Notes under the pieces: generated by a model
Database searches by the model: none
Told to the model about the DNA's origin: nothing
Seen by the model: only the letters and a program-made list of their open reading frames with translations
Program-made: the position numbers and the translations under genes
In this document: piece after piece, positions 23,384-35,673 of the stretch
Position numbering within the stretch: the stretch's first letter is position 1
Layout of the letters: every line of letters begins with the position of its first letter
Source: Carcharhinus longimanus
Taxonomy: Eukaryota
Assembly (NCBI GenBank): GCA_030264375.1
Contig: JASCQW010000032.1
Location: 38,451,229-38,515,228 of the forward strand
Direction: 5' to 3'
DNA length: 64,000 bases

Positions 23384-23407
23384 AAGAGGAAAAGAAAGAA
23401 GAAATAG
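23384..23407 (+). CDS. TTN: TTN 24-nt E/K-rich microexon (EEEKKEEI)
   Basis: ctaac branch site, pyrimidine tract, tag|..|gtaatg, phase 1-1. Confidence 0.7.
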   Translation, partial: KRKRKKK

Positions 23408-24562
23408 GTAATGTGTTTATATCCTTTGCATCTCAATGAGCTAGAGAGATGATTAATTTCTAGGCATACCAACAGTCTTAAAAAATTAATAAAACAGAAT
23501 ATGCTGGAAGTACTCAGCAGGTCTGGCAATATCCATGGAAAGTGAATGGGTAGAATATTAACAGGCAAGGGGGTGGTGGGTTTGGGTGTGGAGTGTGGAT
23601 CCAGTCCAGCCCTGATTTAGCATAAGCTGTGCCCAGGTTGGGCATGAGGGGCATAACCAATGGGGAGGAATGAGACGGAGACAGGACTGATGAGGGGGTT
23701 GAAATGCAAAAGGGTAAGGTGGAAGCAGAACTTAGAGTGAGGAGGCAAGGAGATGCAGTGAGCAAAGGTCCAGAGTGCAAGGATCAAAGACTGTCCAGGG
23801 GAGGGTGAAAGACTGTTTGAATGCCGTTTGACTATAGCACCAGGACCTTTGACTCTATACAGTAACGGTGTGGTGTATGACGTCCTGCCCACCTCACCAT
23901 GAGATTTGCCAAGCGTCTCACGGATGCGTAATTCATGGGCTGAAAAGCAGAAGATCCTACGTGTTTAGCTGTCTGGCTGCCACCATTGGATATTGGAGAA
24001 CAGAAAATTTCACACACAGTCTTCTTCAGCTCATATCAGCTCACAGTCTGAGTATATTTTATGTAGGAAACAATAAAAATATACAGTTACATTCTGACAT
24101 TTGAAATAGTTAATCATTCAGAAAGATTTAGCATTTTTATGTAAATACCAGCCTTTTCTGCTCTTTCTGTTGATTTATTTTAGGAAGATTTTCCTTTAAA
24201 CAGGAGTGATTGTTAATAGGCAAACTTATTGAAAGTGACCATGCATGTGAGCTAGTTAGTTGAAATGTAAGGTTGTCTGGATAATCTTGCGTTAATGACA
24301 ATATCAATATCTCTAGCAGTGTTGATTTAATTTTCTTTTATTGTCAAGCTTACTGAAGTCAGTTTCTCAATTATTTAATTAGCAGTCACTGTGGCACAGT
24401 ATATTGCCAAAAATAAGCTTTTTAATTGAAATTATTTTACTAAATTTAGAAATTTCTTGTTTTATGTTGTAAAAATATATTGTCCTGTCTCAAGTGTTAT
24501 TTATGAAATATGATCTGTTACTGGCAATGAGCTAATAAAAAATAATTCTTTTGAAATCACAG

Positions 24563-24631
24563 AAAGAGTCAAGATAAGTGAAGAGATTGCTTACACGATT
24601 GTGGAAGAAGAGAAAGTCAGTCATTGGAAAG
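24563..24631 (+). CDS. TTN: TTN PEVK exon (ERVKISEEIAYTIVEEEKVSHWK); ancestral start probably 24557
   Basis: cag|..AAAG|gtacag, 69 nt; upstream ttttgaaa in place of ttttgaag. Confidence 0.7.
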
Positions 24632-24664
24632 GTACAGACAAATTGAGTTACCTTGATTAAGTAC

Positions 24665-24895
24665 CTAGTTGGTTGGGTCAGTTGACTAGATGGCTGGTTT
24701 GTGATGCAGAATGGTGCCGAAAGTCTGGGTTCAATTCCTGTACCAACTGAGGTTATTCATGAAGACCCTGCTTTCTGAAACTTGCCCCTCACCTGAGGCG
24801 TCGTGATCCTCATGTTAAATCATCACCAGTCAGCTCTCCCCCTTCAAAAGGGAGAGCAGCCTTTGGTTATTTGGGATGATGGTGACTTTAACTTT
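24665..24895 (+). mobile_element. tRNA-derived SINE (non-HE1 family)
   Basis: tRNA-like head with B box GGTTCAATTCC and ACTTTAACTTT tail. Confidence 0.55.
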
Positions 24896-25158
24896 TGCCT
24901 AGCTGCAACTTATTATCTTGCCTTATTCAGGAAGAATGAATAGATAGGTGCCTTAGATAGCTACTGCTGTTCATGGAATTGCATGGAACATTATCCAGCA
25001 GTCTTAAGGAGAAGTTTTTTTTTGACAACTTTGGTGCTTATTAATACACTGAAAGGGGATCAGCACATCATAGGTTGTCATTCAGATTTCTTAAATGCAT
25101 TTTATTCCTTTGTGTAACCAAAAGAAAAGTGTGTAACATTAAAAATGCTTTTTTAAAG

Positions 25159-25221
25159 TTCCTGAGGCTCCCAAGAGAACTGACGACATTTATGTTGAAG
25201 AGGAAATTCATGTAACAGAAG
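25159..25221 (+). CDS. TTN: TTN PEVK exon (VPEAPKRTDDIYVEEEIHVTE)
   Basis: tttaaag|..|gtacaa, 63 nt. Confidence 0.88.
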
Positions 25222-26196
25222 GTACAAAAATGAAGTGTTGTGCCTTTTTAATGTGCGCTTTCAGTGTTTTTATTATTTTAACTTGACGATTTATTTTCTT
25301 TAAATAGTCCCTCTCTTGTTCTTTTTCTTTTCCAATACTAATGATGTACTTTGCCATCTTTTTGTTTCTTAATTTTTGCTTAACTATTGCATAAATTAAG
25401 TCTCTTTGAGTGTGTGCGTTTGTGGTGGTCCCCATATTTTAGAAAATAATTTGTTCAACAGTGGAAGTCTGAATGTGGTCAATTACCTTGTACTTCATTG
25501 CTATGTAATTTGTGTAAAAAAAAACCCAAGAAAATCCACCAGTTATTTGACAGAAAACTGAACTTAAAACAATTTAAAATCTCAATATTTTTAATAATGA
25601 AACTAATCAGTCTGAGACCTTATTAAATGGTAAGCATGTGAGTTGTGAAACTCAATCTATGTTGTCCAACCTTCTATATCATTAAGTATGATAAGCCTTT
25701 GTTGCATTTCCTTCGAATGTCTTTTGTCAGTCGTGCTCTCAGATCATGGTTAAGCCTTTTCTATGTGTTAGTTTTTCTTCTATTTTCTTTGAACATTTTC
25801 TTGTGTCTTTTTCTGTACACAACATAACCAAAAATGAAACTGAACTAGAAAAATATGGAAACATTGATAGTACGAAGGTAGTTTGTAAAATATTAAATAC
25901 ATTTCATTGCAAATTATACATCAAGCACAGAATAAACTTCTCATGAGACTGCTTATTATTTAACACATGATTTTAAATTCTGGAAACATGAAGGAACCAT
26001 TTGGAATTATTAAGAATATAGCAAAGGTAACAATTTGATAGTTTTCTTGCTGTCTGACCAATATACATCTGAAGTGCATTTTTCTGCAAAATATAGGATG
26101 TGAGAGCACAGAGTATTTGTTAATATAGTTTGTTAAATGTGTATAAATATCTTCTGTTAATTGGTGTAATCTGCAATAATAATAATTTCTTTAAAG

Positions 26197-26286
26197 TGCC
26201 TGGATTTGCCAAAATACCTGAAAAAGTATCTGAACAAGCTTTTCCCCCTCGGACTCCTATTGTACAGGAGACAATACTACACAAAG
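26197..26286 (+). CDS. TTN: TTN PEVK exon (VPGFAKIPEKVSEQAFPPRTPIVQETILHK)
   Basis: tttaaag|..|gtataa, 90 nt. Confidence 0.85.
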
Positions 26287-27242
26287 GTATAAAGAGCTTG
26301 TGCTGTGTTTACAACAGAGCAGCTGTTTGTGATCTTGTTAGTCTTCTATTGTGTTTTCTCACAACAAAGGCCAGCTTCTTGTATTTACCTTTGCTTATTT
26401 ATTTACGTACCACTCTTTGAGATTTGGTGCGGTTTACCAAAGCAGATCTTGTACTTTTTAATTGCTACTACCTGTGTAGACTCCTATTACTGATCATTTT
26501 TGATGTTTTGTGCAAAGTGTTTAACACTGTCAACTCTGTGTTTGTTTATACTTTATTGAACTAATTTAAAATTGTGCATCTTTTAAAAATTGTACATGTG
26601 CAAGAAAGTTTGGATTCACACTCAATCGGGACTAATAACCTTTACATGGCATAAAGTGCCAAGAAAATATGACTTCAATAATTTGGATTACTAACTCTTC
26701 CATAAGCACTCTAGGGCAAATTGAACCAGTTGGTATAGCAAAATGTTTGAAGACCAACCCTGGAATTATTTCTACTGCAGCACTTCAAATTGCACTTTTG
26801 TCAGATTGCTAACAGGACAGGGGCATCATCTTTTGAAAACTGATGCAAAGAACCGATGCAATCGTTAGATCTGATTGCTGGTGATTATATTTTTGCAGGA
26901 ACTAATTACAAAAGAGGTTTTAGTGCAGATCCAACAAAATATAATGCAGTGTGACAGATTTCATATTTCACCGCCATCTCAAACATATTTTGATTCCAGG
27001 TTTAACAATTAATTGGGAATTTTTGTATATATGCATTTTCTTTCACTTCCAACTGGTAAGATTTGTAATTATTGTTGTACATTTAGAGCTGCTTCTCGTA
27101 TTTTTGTGTCAGATGACTATGCTTTATGTTCTAGTTGTTGTAATTATGCTTTTGTTCCATATATGTTGCTTAATCTTTTAAACATCTTCTAAGTTAACCT
27201 TCTTGAATGTAATTTATCTAAAAATCAAAATATTTTTTAAAG

Positions 27243-27308
27243 AACATGCTGTTGAGGAGGTTACGCACATTACAGTTTCAAGAAAGGAAGTAGTGCCTCC
27301 AAAAAAAG
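27243..27308 (+). CDS. TTN: TTN PEVK exon (EHAVEEVTHITVSRKEVVPPKK)
   Basis: tttaaag|..|gtatgg, 66 nt. Confidence 0.85.
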
Positions 27309-27979
27309 GTATGGAAATATTCATAGTGTATTTTTTAAATGTCTTAGTGAAAGAAGAAAGCACAGGACTTTGCTGAATTTGCGACTTGACTCTAAGTGTG
27401 GAATTTAATGTTATGCCTTAGTAGCCAGGGTACTTTTAATCAAGCAAGATGGTGGTGGGTGGGACGCCACTGCTTTCCCACCTATGCCCCAATTACATCC
27501 AGGGTAGGAAGTGTCATGGATGACTTTCCTCTCCTGCCACCAATTGAGGCCTTTAAGTGGGCAATGAGTGCCCACTGAATTGCTGATTTGAGGGCCTGAC
27601 TTCGGGAAGAGTGGAAGGTTTGCTGAGATTCACTTCCCTCCCCTTGATGCTGACCCATCCCCACATCCTATGTCCCCTGCTTCATCATCACCCGCCTGTG
27701 GAGGATCCCTCAATGATTAAGGCCTTGGTTAGGTGTACTGCTGGAAATTGCCACCACTCATGTGGGTGCTGCTGAGCAGTAGAGCAGCCGGCCTTTGGCT
27801 GCTGGCTTTGGTGGGCGAGTTCTGCCCTGGGGTCCTTGTTCCAGCACAGGCCCACAGCTGCCCTGTTGATTATCTGATTGGCATTTAATTCAGCTGGCCT
27901 TCCCAAAAAGAGTCAACGTAGAGCTCTTACCAGCAAGACTCCATTACATCTATTAATTACACTCCATCCATGTATGTTT

Positions 27980-28835
27980 TCAATTACACATGAACCTTCT
28001 GGATATTTTAAGGTTATTTCTCAACGAGCCTAAATGATTTTAGCTGCATCTCTTCATATAGTGTTCTTTATGTATCCCAAACTGCTTTTCTATATTGCAT
28101 ATTATAGTTTTGTTTATCCATTAAATAGAGGGGCACATTGCATTAGAAACACTGGCCGGAATCTTGTGGAGGCAGTTGGGACCCTGGTTACCAGCTGGAA
28201 AACATGGCAGGAGCCAATCATCACCGCTTTTAGGGAAAGCATCTTGCTCCACACAAACACTCAACAATGTCAGCAGCGGTTTTACCTTGGGATCAAGGAC
28301 TCCAGGAGCAAACATTAACCCAGCAATAGCTGCCAGCCAATCAGAGACCAGAACAATGGTGGTAACATTGGTAGTGGTGGCTGCTGCCAATGTAACACCC
28401 ACCCGAAGACCTGGACAGGCCAACAATGTGTGATGGTGGGAGGGATGGTACTGGGGAAGGTGTTGAGCAGCAAAGAAGGTGGGGTGTTTCTCAGTGGGCA
28501 CCCCCATCCCCACTGAATGTTGGCTCCCTCGACCTGACTCTCAGTACTTTTGAACGAAACACCCCCATCACAAGAGACCCCAAGTATGGCAATCCTCCTT
28601 CCCCCTGCATGCCGGTAATTTAAAATAGCTTAAGTGGGCATTAATTGGGCCACACATCGGCATTTCCACCATGGACTTATTTCTGGTGGAGGTGGGAAGA
28701 TGGCAGGGTATCTATCTGATTAACAATCATATTCACCGTGCTATTGGAGGTAAATATATGAAGAGTTACAACTAAAATAATTTAGATTAGTTGAGAACTA
28801 GCCTTAAAATATCCAGAAGGTTCATGTGTAATTGA
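27980..28835. repeat. 81-bp inverted repeat (27980-28060 / 28755-28835) enclosing ~0.7 kb
   Basis: TCAATTACACATGAACCTTCTGGATATTTTAAGG.. is the reverse complement of ..CCTTAAAATATCCAGAAGGTTCATGTGTAATTGA; outer 34 bp are perfect. Confidence 0.9.
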
Positions 28836-29066
28836 CCTGTCTTGTAGCTGCCTTGCTCATTAAGTAGATTGCTTAAGGCAATAATAAGTTTTTGTATAGT
28901 AGAATCACAATACAAAGTGAGAAATTATTGTGTGAATGGAGTATGATTGTACACTGTGCAATGCATTAGATGGATCTTTTGTGTTTAAAGCTAAATGTAT
29001 TTCTGTGTTAAAATGTTCCATGTGCAAGTCTTTGATTTTTTTTGTCCAAAATTGAATTTCTTAAAG

Positions 29067-29141
29067 TGCCAGAGGTTCCTGAGTTTCTTCCTGAAGAAGC
29101 GAAACCAGCTTTGCGAAAAGAGAAGGTTGCTCCAAAAGAAG
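29067..29141 (+). CDS. TTN: TTN PEVK exon (VPEVPEFLPEEAKPALRKEKVAPKE)
   Basis: ttaaag|..|gtacaa, 75 nt. Confidence 0.9.
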
Positions 29142-30529
29142 GTACAAAGGGAGCCATATGTTGTCTATTAGCATTGTCTTTTGATAAGTCATGCATCCAT
29201 CTTGTCATTACCACGCAAAATATTTCTCTTTTGGAGGCTTCAAACTGCTGGTGCTTAGCTACTTGTCAATCTTATTTTACAATATCTGTCGTTTCAATTG
29301 TTTGCTGATGCATTTGTGCCATTCCATTGCTGAACTGTGCTATTTCTCCGTTTGAAGTAGAAAAAATTTTGATTAATGTCCTCATTATTAGCTAAGCATT
29401 CAGATGCAGAGGCTGAGAAGTTTAGCTCCTTAATGCTTACTTTTCCATGCTTTACAAGAACCAATTTTCTCCAAAATGACTTGCTTACACTTCTGGTGCG
29501 AGCCATGCTGTCACATTTTGTTGAGGGTATTAGAGCACATGCAGGGAGCATCTGTGAGACATTCATAGACATCAGTCAGCATGTAACATTGACTTGATAC
29601 AAGTGCTGCCAATATAGAGCTGAACACTCCAATCAGCAGCCTCTCTTAAGCTCACACTGTGAGCCATTTGGCATTTAGCAATGGTACATGGTTAAGGGAT
29701 CAGCAACTACTTTTAAGTTAGTTGATTGATTTCTATTGGCTGTACAACATTTGTCGAAAGGTTTAGTGGGTTTCCAGACTTGATGAAGGACTTGGTCCTG
29801 ACTTGAAGGATTCTTCACAAATCATTTAATCAGCGGTATGGGCCCAGCATCTTCTTGAACTATGACATGACAGGGTGAATGAACTGAGGATCTCTAAGCG
29901 GAACAAGTTGCTGGAAACGAGAGTCAAGGACGGAAGAAGGATTCCCAATGGGAGCATGAGGACCAGTATGTTAGACATGTCCAATTCATTACGTATATCC
30001 TCAGTGAAATCCACTATCTATTGCAGCCACAAGTGCAACATCGGAACAGGATGATGATGGCACTGACAGTGTCCATGGAAGTGACTGTGGCCAGGGATCT
30101 TCTGCTTCTGATTTTGTTGTGTCAGCACCATGGACTAATGTCCATATTCCACCAGCGTGTATATGTGTAATGTTAGTTAAACTAGTCATGATTTGTTGAA
30201 ATCGTAGGCCTGATAATGGAAATGTTTACATGGAAATAATCTAAAGGTAGGCCTTGAAGATTTCAAATGATGGGGCTGTGACATTTTGTCGCCATATCAT
30301 AGTAGAGCATGGCTATATTTTCTGGCTGACCTGCCTATGCACCAAGAATTTCATTGTGCATAACTACGAGCCTTCTTCTGAATGTCCCACCAAATCTTCA
30401 TCTGAGTCATCTGCAGCAGAACGTTTGTGAAACCTCACCATCTGGCAAACTAGCACCAATGCTTCCCAGATCCCCTGACCTGGCTATAGCCCACTTGTGC
30501 CTGGTGACTCACCATGTGAAAATCTTTTC

Positions 30530-31680
30530 TTTATTTATTTCTGGGGTGTGGGCATTGCTGGATAGGCCAACATTTGTTGCCCATTCCTAATTGCCCTTCA
30601 GAACGTGGTGGTGAGGTACCTTATTAAATCACTGCATTCCACATGGTGTGGACTGTTATCACTGGTAGGGAGAGAGTTCCAGGATTTTGTCCCAACAGTA
30701 GAGAAGGAATTGCAATATATTTCCAAGTCAGGATGGTGAGAGATTTTGGAGGAGAACTTACAAGTGGTGGTGTTCACATGCCCTTACCCTTCTCAATGGT
30801 GATAGTTATGGATTTGGGAGGTGCAGTCTGAGGAGCCTTGGTGAGTTCCTGCGGTTCATCTTGTGGATGGAATACATTACTGCCACTGTGCGTTGGTGTT
30901 GGAAGGTGTGAATGTTTGTGGATGGATTGACAATTAAGGAAGCTGCTTTATCCTGAATGGTGCAGAGCTTCTTGAATATTGCTGGAGCTGCACTCATCCA
31001 GGCAAGTAAAGAGTATTCCATCACATCCCTAACTTGTACCTCGTAGATGGTGAACAGGCATTGAGGAGTCAGGAGATGAGTTACTTTCTATAGGAATCCT
31101 AGCCTCTGAGCTGCTCTTTAGCGTCAGTATGTCTGTAGCTAGTCCAGTTCAGTTTCTGGTCAATGGTAACCCCCAGGATGTCGATAGTGGAGAACTCAGT
31201 GACGGTAATATCATTGAATATCAAGGGGTGATGGTTAGATTCTCTCTTGTTGGGGATGGTCCTTGCCTTGCACTTATGTGGAGCAAATGTTACTTGCCAT
31301 TTGTCAGCCCCAGCCTGGATATTGTCAACATCTTGCTGAATTTGGACATCAACAGGGTTCTGTATCTGAGGTGCGAAACATTGTGCAGTCATTGTCAGGG
31401 CCCATAACCTTTGCAGTACACAGTGCTGTCAGCTGTTTTTTGATATTGTGTTGAGTGAATCAAATTGGCTGAAGACTGGTTGAGGCTGAGATGGATCATC
31501 CACTCAGCACTTCTGGCTGAATATTATCATGAATGCTTCAGCTTTATCTTTTGCACTGATGCTGGGCTCCTCCATCATTGAGGATGGGAATGCTCTACAA
31601 GCTCTTCTGCTCTAGTGTGCTCTTTAATTATCCACCACTATTCACAGTTGGATGTGGCAGGACTGTAGAGCTTGCCTTTG
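30530..31680 (-). mobile_element. CR1/L2-clade LINE relic, 3' end with RT C-terminal region
   Basis: Minus ORF QQDVDNIQAGADKWQVTFAPHKC..ILGVTIDQKLNW; AT-rich tail at ~30530. Confidence 0.85.
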
Positions 31681-31779
31681 TCTGTCACGTGCTTTGTGTG
31701 ATTTTCATTAGATGTTTAAATAAATGTCATTTTTTTAATAAGCTTTTGCTAAATGTAAAACATATTCCTAAAATGCCAG

Positions 31780-31902
31780 ATGTTGCTGTGAAAGCTACTC
31801 CTGAAGAACCAGTTCCGGTTCAAAGGAAACCTACTCCTGGGAAACCAGTTCCGGTTCAAAGGAAACCTACTCCTGAAGAACCAGTTTCAGTTCCAGTAAA
31901 AG
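31780..31902 (+). CDS. TTN: TTN PEVK exon with internal 36-nt repeat (DVAVKATPEEPVPVQRKPTPGKPVPVQRKPTPEEPVSVPVK); ancestral start 31774
   Basis: Canonical taaag is taaaa here; in-frame CAG at 31777-31779; donor G|gtacaa. Confidence 0.7.
31791..31895 (+). repeat. Coding 36-nt tandem repeat, about 3 copies
   Basis: AAA(G/C)CTACTCCTG(AAG/GGA)AACCAGTTCCGGTTCAAAGG units. Confidence 0.9.
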
Positions 31903-32547
31903 GTACAAAAATACAAAACTTTATATAAACATTTTCCCATATGATATGGTAGTTTCGTCTTGGCACGAAGGTGACAATTTTGTCTTGTTTTCATAATGTT
32001 TCAAAGGAAAAATTGACTGTTTGTTGCTCAAAAAAACTAATTTTCAACTGTTGTGAATATGAGTGTTGTGATCATTCTTCTTATCTGCGTAAATACAAAT
32101 TATGAATATTGTGATAGTATTAGCATTCTTCAATATTCTGCTAAGAGATGGATTAAATTGGAGTGAAGCTTCTTTCAAAAGAACTATGAAAATTTGAAAA
32201 AAATTATGAAATATTTTAAGAAAAATTGTGATGATGATATTGGAAAAAGGGAATAATGAGACTCAGCAAAATGTTTCATTTGTTAGCAAAAAGAGTAAGG
32301 AGCCTTTTTGTGTTATATTTTAGCAGATATGTTACAAGGAAGTAAAAATATTCCATTAACTCTGTCAGTGATTCAAATTCATATTGACATTGCATTACAT
32401 ACATAAGTACCAATAACTGGTACAGCTTTACAATTATGTTATTGTTACAGTAGAGATTGTTGTGTGTTGTCCTCTTTGGTGCTTTAATGCATTCTGTATA
32501 TTTTCTTCATTTACTCAAGTCTTTAAACAATCAATGTTCTTTTAAAG

Positions 32548-32631
32548 TGCTGGGGATCCCTAAAAAAGCAGTTATTGAAGAAGCAAAACCAGCCATTATT
32601 TCAAGGAAAAAGGAGGTTTCTCCATTAGAAG
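32548..32631 (+). CDS. TTN: TTN PEVK exon (VLGIPKKAVIEEAKPAIISRKKEVSPLE)
   Basis: tttaaag|..|gtatat, 84 nt. Confidence 0.9.
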
Positions 32632-33094
32632 GTATATTATTACCTTGAGGAATTTTGTGCAAGCTTCATTCATATATCATTTACTATCAACTTCATATCA
32701 GAATGCAAGCATGATTTTTCTTCATAATCATCTTATGTGTTCTAATCAGAACCCTGTTGTTGTTGATGATGCTTATTGTGGCATTTATTGATTTTATTTT
32801 ATGCTATGTTCCATTCTGTTGTGAGTTGTCTTTATGTGTCATGCTCATTTATTGTTTTAAGTGTTTTATTTTTGCTTTAACATAATAATTGGGGATTTAA
32901 TCTGGAATATTTGAATCCATGGAGGGATGATTGTAATTACTTTGTTATGTCATCAATTTAGAAAGTAAGGCTGGAGCTCTACCACAGAATCAGAGCGGGC
33001 GAAGGTCCGTTGACCTCAGGTGGGAATTTTCGGTCTCCCCTGATCGAGGCCGTAAAACCCCGCCCTAAGTCTATTGTTTTCTTAGTTCCCATGA

Positions 33095-33435
33095 TGGGGG
33101 AGGCAATGCCTAGTGGTATTGTCACTGGACCATTAATCTAGAAACTCATCTAATGTTCTAAGGACCCGTTTCAAATCTCACCATGACAGGTAGTGCAATT
33201 TGAATTCAATAAAAAGAATATCTGGAATGAAAAATCTCCTGATGACCATGAAGCCTTTGTTGACTGTCAGAAAAACCCATCTGGTTCACTAATGTCCTTT
33301 AGGGAAGGAAACCTGCTGCCCTTACCTGATATGACTACTATGTGACTCTAGAGCCACAGCAATGTAGTTGACTCTCAACTGCAACTCGGAATGAGCAATT
33401 AATGCTGGCCATGTCCCATGAATGAATTTAAAAAA
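33095..33435 (+). mobile_element. tRNA-derived SINE whose 3' tail matches the LINE at 30530
   Basis: Head GGGGAGGCAATGCCTAGTGG..GTTTCAAATC; tail GCAACTCGGAATGAGCAATTAATGCTGGCC..CCCATGAATGAATTTAAAAAA. Confidence 0.7.
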
Positions 33436-34916
33436 GTAGATTATTAAAATTGTGAATTGCCAGAGAAAGATTTTAGGATTTTTAAATGTTTGTTAGTTAT
33501 TTAAAGTAAGCAANNNNNNNNNNNNNNNNNNNNNNNNNNNNNNNNNNNNNNNNNNNNNNNNNNNNNNNNNNNNNNNNNNNNNNNNNNNNNNNNNNNNNNN
33601 NNNNNNNNNNNNNTAAGCAAAACATAATTTTAAAGGTAGTTTGATTTTTGCTGGCTCCCACTAGAGTTACTGCCATTTTTTCATTTGTAGTATCTGTTGT
33701 CAAAATTATTAATTTGAATAAGGAATGTCTTCTTCCAGCAAATACAATGCTAAGATGCAAGTTCAGACAACATGAAAACTCCTGATGGTTGAGAGAGTAA
33801 ATAGGATTGAATTTTTACTGATCAAAAAGATTTGATCAGTAAAACCAGTTTTAGAGCCCAAGATGAGTCAGCTTGTTTAGTCATGATGAAGTTTAACAAT
33901 GCCAAGATTCTTTTTTGCATCCCCTATTTAGATAAGACAGAAAATTCCTTGCTTATATTCTAGAATCAAGTTTGATTCTGTTGCAAGAAGAGTTTAGATG
34001 ATTTAAAATGTGCTGGATGGTGGGAGGAGTGGTAAATGTGGCCAGGAAGGACACATAGTTGTAAGAGCAGTAGCAGATTTTGAGAGTATGAGTGTTTCAG
34101 AGAAGAGGTGAAGTTAAGCCTTCCCCAGATAACTGTAGCAAGTGGAAAAGGGAAGGATTGTTACTTGTATTGTGGTAAAGATAGAGTTCTGTGGATCCAT
34201 GGAGAAAATATGCAACGTGAAGTAGCAATCCAAGTGAAATCACTCAGTTTATTTGTTCGTTGCAACCAGTTCCTGGCAATAGTGGTTAATGCATTAATAT
34301 ATTTTACCACACTTCATCATGTTCATTCACCATTTTGCCTTGGCACCCAGAAACTGTCATAGAGAAAGAGTATCTCAGGCGGAATTCTTCCATCTGGGAC
34401 TAAGTTCTGTGGCTGGGTTATGGGAGAAATGCACCACCTTGTTTCTATTTTGAATGTCCACCAGCCCCCTTACAGACGTATGTGAAAATCTATTGGTCTT
34501 GCTTGAAAGCTTCTTGTCCCCAGACATCTTGCAGCTTCAGATTGTCGCTTCCCTGCTTGGGTCACAAAAAAAGCATATTCACTGTAAGCCTTTAAGAAGC
34601 TGCTAAAGCACTTGATTTCTGACTTTCTAATCAATGAGCTGCCTATGGTGAGTGCATTTTATGCTCTCACTTGACTCACTCTTGCAAATTATGGTCGATA
34701 TGCAATTGGGTAGGTTTACCCACTAACTTGTATAAATGCTTGCGCCTTTCACCATGCACACATCTAATAAGAGACAAAAACCGACCTTAATGNNNNNNTT
34801 GAGTATAGTCAAGCAGTTATCAAAATGCACAGATCAGAAGATCTGTTTCTAATCCTTGGCTTGCATGATAAATCAGGCAATATTATACTTTTTTAAAACC
34901 ATGCCTTTTCTTAAAG

Positions 34917-35000
34917 TGACAGAGGTTGGTCCGGAGCCAATTATTGAAGAAGTAAAACCAGCTGTTGTGCCAAGAAAAGAAAAGGTTGCTCCAGCAAAAG
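34917..35000 (+). CDS. TTN: TTN PEVK exon (VTEVGPEPIIEEVKPAVVPRKEKVAPAK)
   Basis: ttaaag|..|gtacaa, 84 nt. Confidence 0.92.
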
Positions 35001-35350
35001 GTACAAGACCACTCAGGATCCAGACACCAGCATTATCTTTACATCATACAGCATTTTGTTCTTTCTTTTACAATAAAAATGATAGCTACTTTCCATGCTT
35101 GGTGCTTCAGCCCGAATCAAAGCAATTTCTTTGATGTTTCGACTAGTGCAATTTCACTTTCTATATCTATTCATAGATTTTACCATTCCTCTACAGTGTA
35201 GTGAAGTTATAACACAATTTTGTTTTGTTGTTTAGGTTACTCGTGCTCTTTGACTTAAGTAACCAGCAATTCAACATTTTCATTACAATGCTTAGATGAA
35301 AATGTTATTTCAAGCAATGAGGTGAATATAAAGTTAATATCTTGGAGTTA

Positions 35351-35673
35351 ATCATAGAACTCCTACAGTGCAGAAGGAGGCCTTTGGCCCATCGAGCCTG
35401 CACCAACAACAATCCCACCCAGGTCCTATCCCCATAACCCCACATATTTATCCTCCTAATCCCTCTGACACTAAGGGGTAATTTATCATGACCAATCAAA
35501 GTAACCCGCACATCTTTGGAGTTCAGGAGGAAACTGAACCACCCAAAGGAAACCCATGCAGACACGGGACAAATGTGCAAACTCCACACAGATTGCGACC
35601 CAAGCCTGGAATTGAACCCAGGCCCCTGGCGCTGTGAGACAGAAGTGCTAGCCACTGTGTCATCACGCTGCCC
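35351..35673 (-). mobile_element. HE1-type V-SINE, full length
   Basis: Reverse complement of the copy at 20763. Confidence 0.9.

Noticed and set aside
23490-23560. AAAACAGAATATGCTGGAAGTACTCAGCAGGTCTGGCA, and a similar short insert at ~53890-53975, recalled as Penelope-like shark repeats
   Set aside because: Too short, and no protein motif is visible to support the family assignment without a database search.
25849-25877. Purine-rich stretch ending AAG|GTAGTT
   Set aside because: It would be 29 nt and frame-breaking, and lacks the family acceptor motif.
28121-28513. Overlapping 130-aa minus and 89-aa plus ORFs inside the inverted repeat
   Set aside because: No recognisable motif; consistent with chance ORFs in GC-richer TE-derived DNA. 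A nested gene cannot be supported.
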